Assembly (NCBI GenBank): GCA_963663165.1
Contig: OY760175.1
Location: 5,952,001-6,016,000, forward strand
Direction of reading: 5' to 3'
DNA from: an uncultured Desulfospira sp.
GTDB lineage: Bacteria; Desulfobacterota; Desulfobacteria; Desulfobacterales; Desulfobacteraceae
DNA length: 64,000 bases
Position numbers and translations under genes: made by a program. Every line of letters starts with the position of its first letter. Position 1 is the first letter of the stretch. Positions 60,808-64,000 of this stretch are shown one piece after another. The notes under the pieces were generated by a model. It did no database searches. It was not told where the DNA came from and was given only the letters and a program-made list of their open reading frames with translations.

Positions 60808-62175
60808 ATGATGAAAAAGTCAGCCTTTAAATTGGTTTTCGCGGCAATCGCCGGAATGATGGTTTGTTTTTTTTCGGATGCCGGGACTATCCCTGCCGCC
60901 GCCAATGCCGCTTCTTCCGGCAAAGTCTCCTGCCGGGTGGAAACGGACCGGTCTGTTTTTTATTCCGGGCAGTCCCAGACCGCGGTGCTCAAGGTTACCC
61001 TTGAAGCCCCGGCCCCGCCCATGGAACAGAACCGGCCCCGGGTCAACCTGTGCCTGGTCCTTGACCGGTCCGGCTCCATGAGCGGCGCCAAGATTGAAAA
61101 AACCAAATCCGCCGCCATTGAGGCGGTCCGGCGGCTGGGGTCCGGCGACATCTTTTCCCTGGTGGTCTATGATTCCAATGTCCAGACCCTTATCCCTGCC
61201 GGAAGGGTCAGGGATATCAACCAGATTGTCCGGACCATTGAACGGATTGAGTCCGGCGGAAACACGGCCCTGTTCGGTGGGGTCAGCCAGGGCGCGGCCG
61301 AGATCCGGAAATATCTGGAAGGCGATTACGTTAACCGGATTATTCTCTTGTCCGACGGTCTGGCCAATGTGGGGCCGGGGCTTCCCGAAGACCTTGGCCG
61401 GTTAGGGGCGGCCCTGCTCAAGGAAGATATCAGTGTTTCCACCATCGGGGTGGGCACCGATTATAACGAAGACCTCATGGCAAAGCTTTCCCAGAAAAGC
61501 GACGGCAATACCTATTTTGTGGAGTCGGAGAGAGATCTGCCCCGGATTTTCACGGCTGAGCTCGGGGATGTGTTAAACGTGGTGGCCAAACGGGTGGCGG
61601 TTAAGATCAATTTGGAAGACGGGGTCAAACCGGTTAAAATTATCGGCCGGGAAGGCCGAATCCGGGGGAATACCATCGAACTGTTCATGAATCAGCTTTA
61701 CGGCAGCCAGGAGAAATACGGCCTTATCGAAGTGACCCTGCCGGCTGCGGCTGAAGGCGCAACCCTCCAGGCGGCCAGGGCAACGGTCAGTTATGAAGAC
61801 CCGTTTACCCGGAAAAATGAAAGCGTTGAAGGCATCTCCCGGATATCCTTCAGCAAAGACCCGGGCCGTGTGGAAAAATCGGCCAATGTGGATGTGGTCA
61901 GAGAATACCAGCTCAACCTCAATGCCCTGGCCCAGGAAAAAGCCATTGAACTGTCTGACAAGGGGAAAACAAAGGAGGCCGCCCAATACCTGAAACAATC
62001 CGTTGACCAGCTTAAAAAAATCGGCCAGAAGTATGAAGACAAGGAACTTCTCCAGGAGGCTGAAGCCTCAGAAGTTCAGGCGGACGCCATTGAAGCCGAG
62101 GGCATGAGTAAAACCAGCCGGAAGGCCTTGAGGACCAAGGCCTACCAGATGAAAAACCAGCAGCAGACCAAATAA
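60808..62175 (+). CDS. Secreted vWA-domain protein
   Basis: Signal peptide; MIDAS DRSGSM, GGNTAL, LLSDGLANVG. Confidence 0.9.
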   Translation: MMKKSAFKLVFAAIAGMMVCFFSDAGTIPAAANAASSGKVSCRVETDRSVFYSGQSQTAVLKVTLEAPAPPMEQNRPRVNLCLVLDRSGSMSGAKIEKTKSAAIEAVRRLGSGDIFSLVVYDSNVQTLIPAGRVRDINQIVRTIERIESGGNTALFGGVSQGAAEIRKYLEGDYVNRIILLSDGLANVGPGLPEDLGRLGAALLKEDISVSTIGVGTDYNEDLMAKLSQKSDGNTYFVESERDLPRIFTAELGDVLNVVAKRVAVKINLEDGVKPVKIIGREGRIRGNTIELFMNQLYGSQEKYGLIEVTLPAAAEGATLQAARATVSYEDPFTRKNESVEGISRISFSKDPGRVEKSANVDVVREYQLNLNALAQEKAIELSDKGKTKEAAQYLKQSVDQLKKIGQKYEDKELLQEAEASEVQADAIEAEGMSKTSRKALRTKAYQMKNQQQTK

Positions 62176-62293
62176 CCTGAACCGGACAGGGCCCGGAACT
62201 CCGGGCCCTGTCTTGTTATTAACCAATAGGGACCAAACCACTACAACAAACCATGAAAACCAAGGGCTAACAGCTAAGAGCTAACAGCTAAAC

Positions 62294-64000
62294 ATGACTC
62301 TAAAAAAATTTCATATCAGCCTCATGGGCAGCCGGTGGATCATCATCCTGTTCTGGGTGATGTTTCTGCTGCCGGCGGTTCTCCTGGCAGCCGGTGCCTT
62401 CAAGCTGCTGCTCATGGAACAGGACCGGATTGTCCAAAGGTCGGCCGATGCCCTGGCCGACCGGGCTGCGGCGGCTTGTGAAAGCTTTCATTTTACCATT
62501 GAGGCCATTGAGGCCAACATGACCCGGTCCCTGACCGGCATTGACCCGGACCGCTTAGAGCAGACCCTGGCCCTGTGGGAGGCACAAAACCCCCTGGTGC
62601 GCAACGTGTTTGTCTATCACCCCGGCAAAGGGCTTGAATACCCGGTGTCCGGAATGGCCGCGACGTCAGAGGAACGGCAGTTTGCAGCACGGTATGCCCC
62701 GCTGTTTTCAGGAAAGATTCCCTTTGAGTTTAACAGCCGTACCGGGGAAACCCGGTTAACCGGCCCCGGGCTTGCCCAAAAAGGAGAAAACGGAATGGCC
62801 CAGCTTGAAAGAAGCGATCAGACACAAACGTCTTCAAAACGATCCCTGGTCGCTCTTTCAAAGGCCGTTGAAAATCAGAAGATAATGGAAACCGGGGTTT
62901 CCCGGTCCCAGTCGGAAAACCCCTTGTCCGGCTGGGTTCCCTGGTTCAGTGAAAATCGGCTTTATATTTTGGGGTGGGTGAGGCTTGCCGGGCAGGAACC
63001 CGCCAGCGGACCCGCCAACGAAACCGTTTACGGCGTGGAACTGGAATGGATGACCATTTTATCCCGGCTGATTACGGATTTCCCCAAAGTTGACCAGGAC
63101 GGGGCCGCCCTGGTTCTCATGGACAGTTTCGGGAACACCATACACCAGACAGGCCCTCTGGAGCTGCCGCCTTCCCTGAATCCGGTCAGGGAAATTCCGG
63201 TCTCCCGGTTGATTCCCCACTGGCACATGGCGGTTTTTCTTGACCCGGGAAAGGCCGGGACCCAACGGCAGTTTATGGCCCTGTCCCTGACCCTGGTGGG
63301 AATTTTGTTGACCGCCATCATCAGTGCCGGAATTCTGGTCACCCGGATGACCCTGGAAAAGATCAAAGATGCCCGGCAGAAAACCTCTTTTGTCTCCTCG
63401 GTTTCCCATGAGCTCAAAACCCCTTTGACCAGCATCCGCATGTATGCCGAGCTTCTGCTGTATAAGCGGACAACCAGTGAAGACAAGCAGCACAAATACT
63501 TGTCTGTGATTGTGGATGAAAGCTCCCGGCTGACCCGGCTGATCAATAATGTCCTGGATTTCAGCCGGCTGGAGCAGGGGAGAAAGAACTATCAGCGAAA
63601 GCCTCTGGACCTTTCGGTCTGGTTAAGGCAGTTCATATCGGTCCATGCCGTCCGGATTGAAAAATGCGGTCTTAAAATTTTAACCCGGATCAGTGACGGC
63701 CGGTATGGGGTCAACACGGACCAGGATGCCCTTGAACAGGTGGTCTTGAACCTGGTGGACAATGCCCTTAAATATGCGGGCAAGGGCCGGTTTATCAAGT
63801 TTTGCCTTAAGAAAGACCAAAACCATATCCAGCTCATGGTGCAGGACGACGGCCCGGGCATTGAAACGGCGCACCGGGAACGGATTTTCGAAAAATTTTA
63901 CAGGGCCGATAATTCATTAACCGCGGCCCAGCCCGGATCAGGCTTAGGACTGAGCATTGCCCGGCAGATCATGGCGGATCTTGGGGGAGATCTGTCCCTG
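62294..64000 (+). CDS. Sensor histidine kinase (runs off the window edge)
   Basis: Manual translation from ATG 62294: TM, periplasmic region, TM, in-frame FVSSVSHELKTPLTSIRMYAE, NLVDNALKY, DDGPGI, GSGLGLSI. Confidence 0.88.
   Translation, partial: MTLKKFHISLMGSRWIIILFWVMFLLPAVLLAAGAFKLLLMEQDRIVQRSADALADRAAAACESFHFTIEAIEANMTRSLTGIDPDRLEQTLALWEAQNPLVRNVFVYHPGKGLEYPVSGMAATSEERQFAARYAPLFSGKIPFEFNSRTGETRLTGPGLAQKGENGMAQLERSDQTQTSSKRSLVALSKAVENQKIMETGVSRSQSENPLSGWVPWFSENRLYILGWVRLAGQEPASGPANETVYGVELEWMTILSRLITDFPKVDQDGAALVLMDSFGNTIHQTGPLELPPSLNPVREIPVSRLIPHWHMAVFLDPGKAGTQRQFMALSLTLVGILLTAIISAGILVTRMTLEKIKDARQKTSFVSSVSHELKTPLTSIRMYAELLLYKRTTSEDKQHKYLSVIVDESSRLTRLINNVLDFSRLEQGRKNYQRKPLDLSVWLRQFISVHAVRIEKCGLKILTRISDGRYGVNTDQDALEQVVLNLVDNALKYAGKGRFIKFCLKKDQNHIQLMVQDDGPGIETAHRERIFEKFYRADNSLTAAQPGSGLGLSIARQIMADLGGDLSL

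Overview
Bacterial chromosomal window. Gene content and sequence style suggest a Desulfobacteraceae-like deltaproteobacterium (inference). Core genes are ispB, rimO, htpG, thyX, ackA, ilvC, yaeQ, a YvcK-family gene, MscS and a CvfB-like gene. Four accessory blocks are interspersed. (1) 7.2-9.9 kb: an ISKra4/ISLre2-type IS carrying a DUF4338 gene, nested inside a hairpin MITE. (2) 10-19.5 kb: secreted phosphoesterases, two with dockerin modules, beside a cohesin-like PEP-CTERM protein and a second PEP-CTERM protein. Three upstream regions share an 11-bp-periodic box. This is the best candidate for an undescribed system: a cellulosome-like, surface-anchored phosphate-scavenging complex. (3) 22-26.7 kb: a three-tyrosine-recombinase (RIT-like) element whose joined ends would form a dif-like 11-6-11 site. 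(4) 54.3-60.6 kb: a decayed integrative island with a TA pair, a PHP-ATPase (TrlF/Ppl-like) and an AlbA_2 protein. Also present are an RpiR/D-aminoacylase/TRAP operon, a 2-oxoacid oxidoreductase operon with a GltD-like module inside the delta subunit, two-component genes, several pseudogenes and a structured 90-bp dispersed repeat (6 copies). No rRNA, tRNA or CRISPR array was recognised. All family calls come from motif reading, not database searches.
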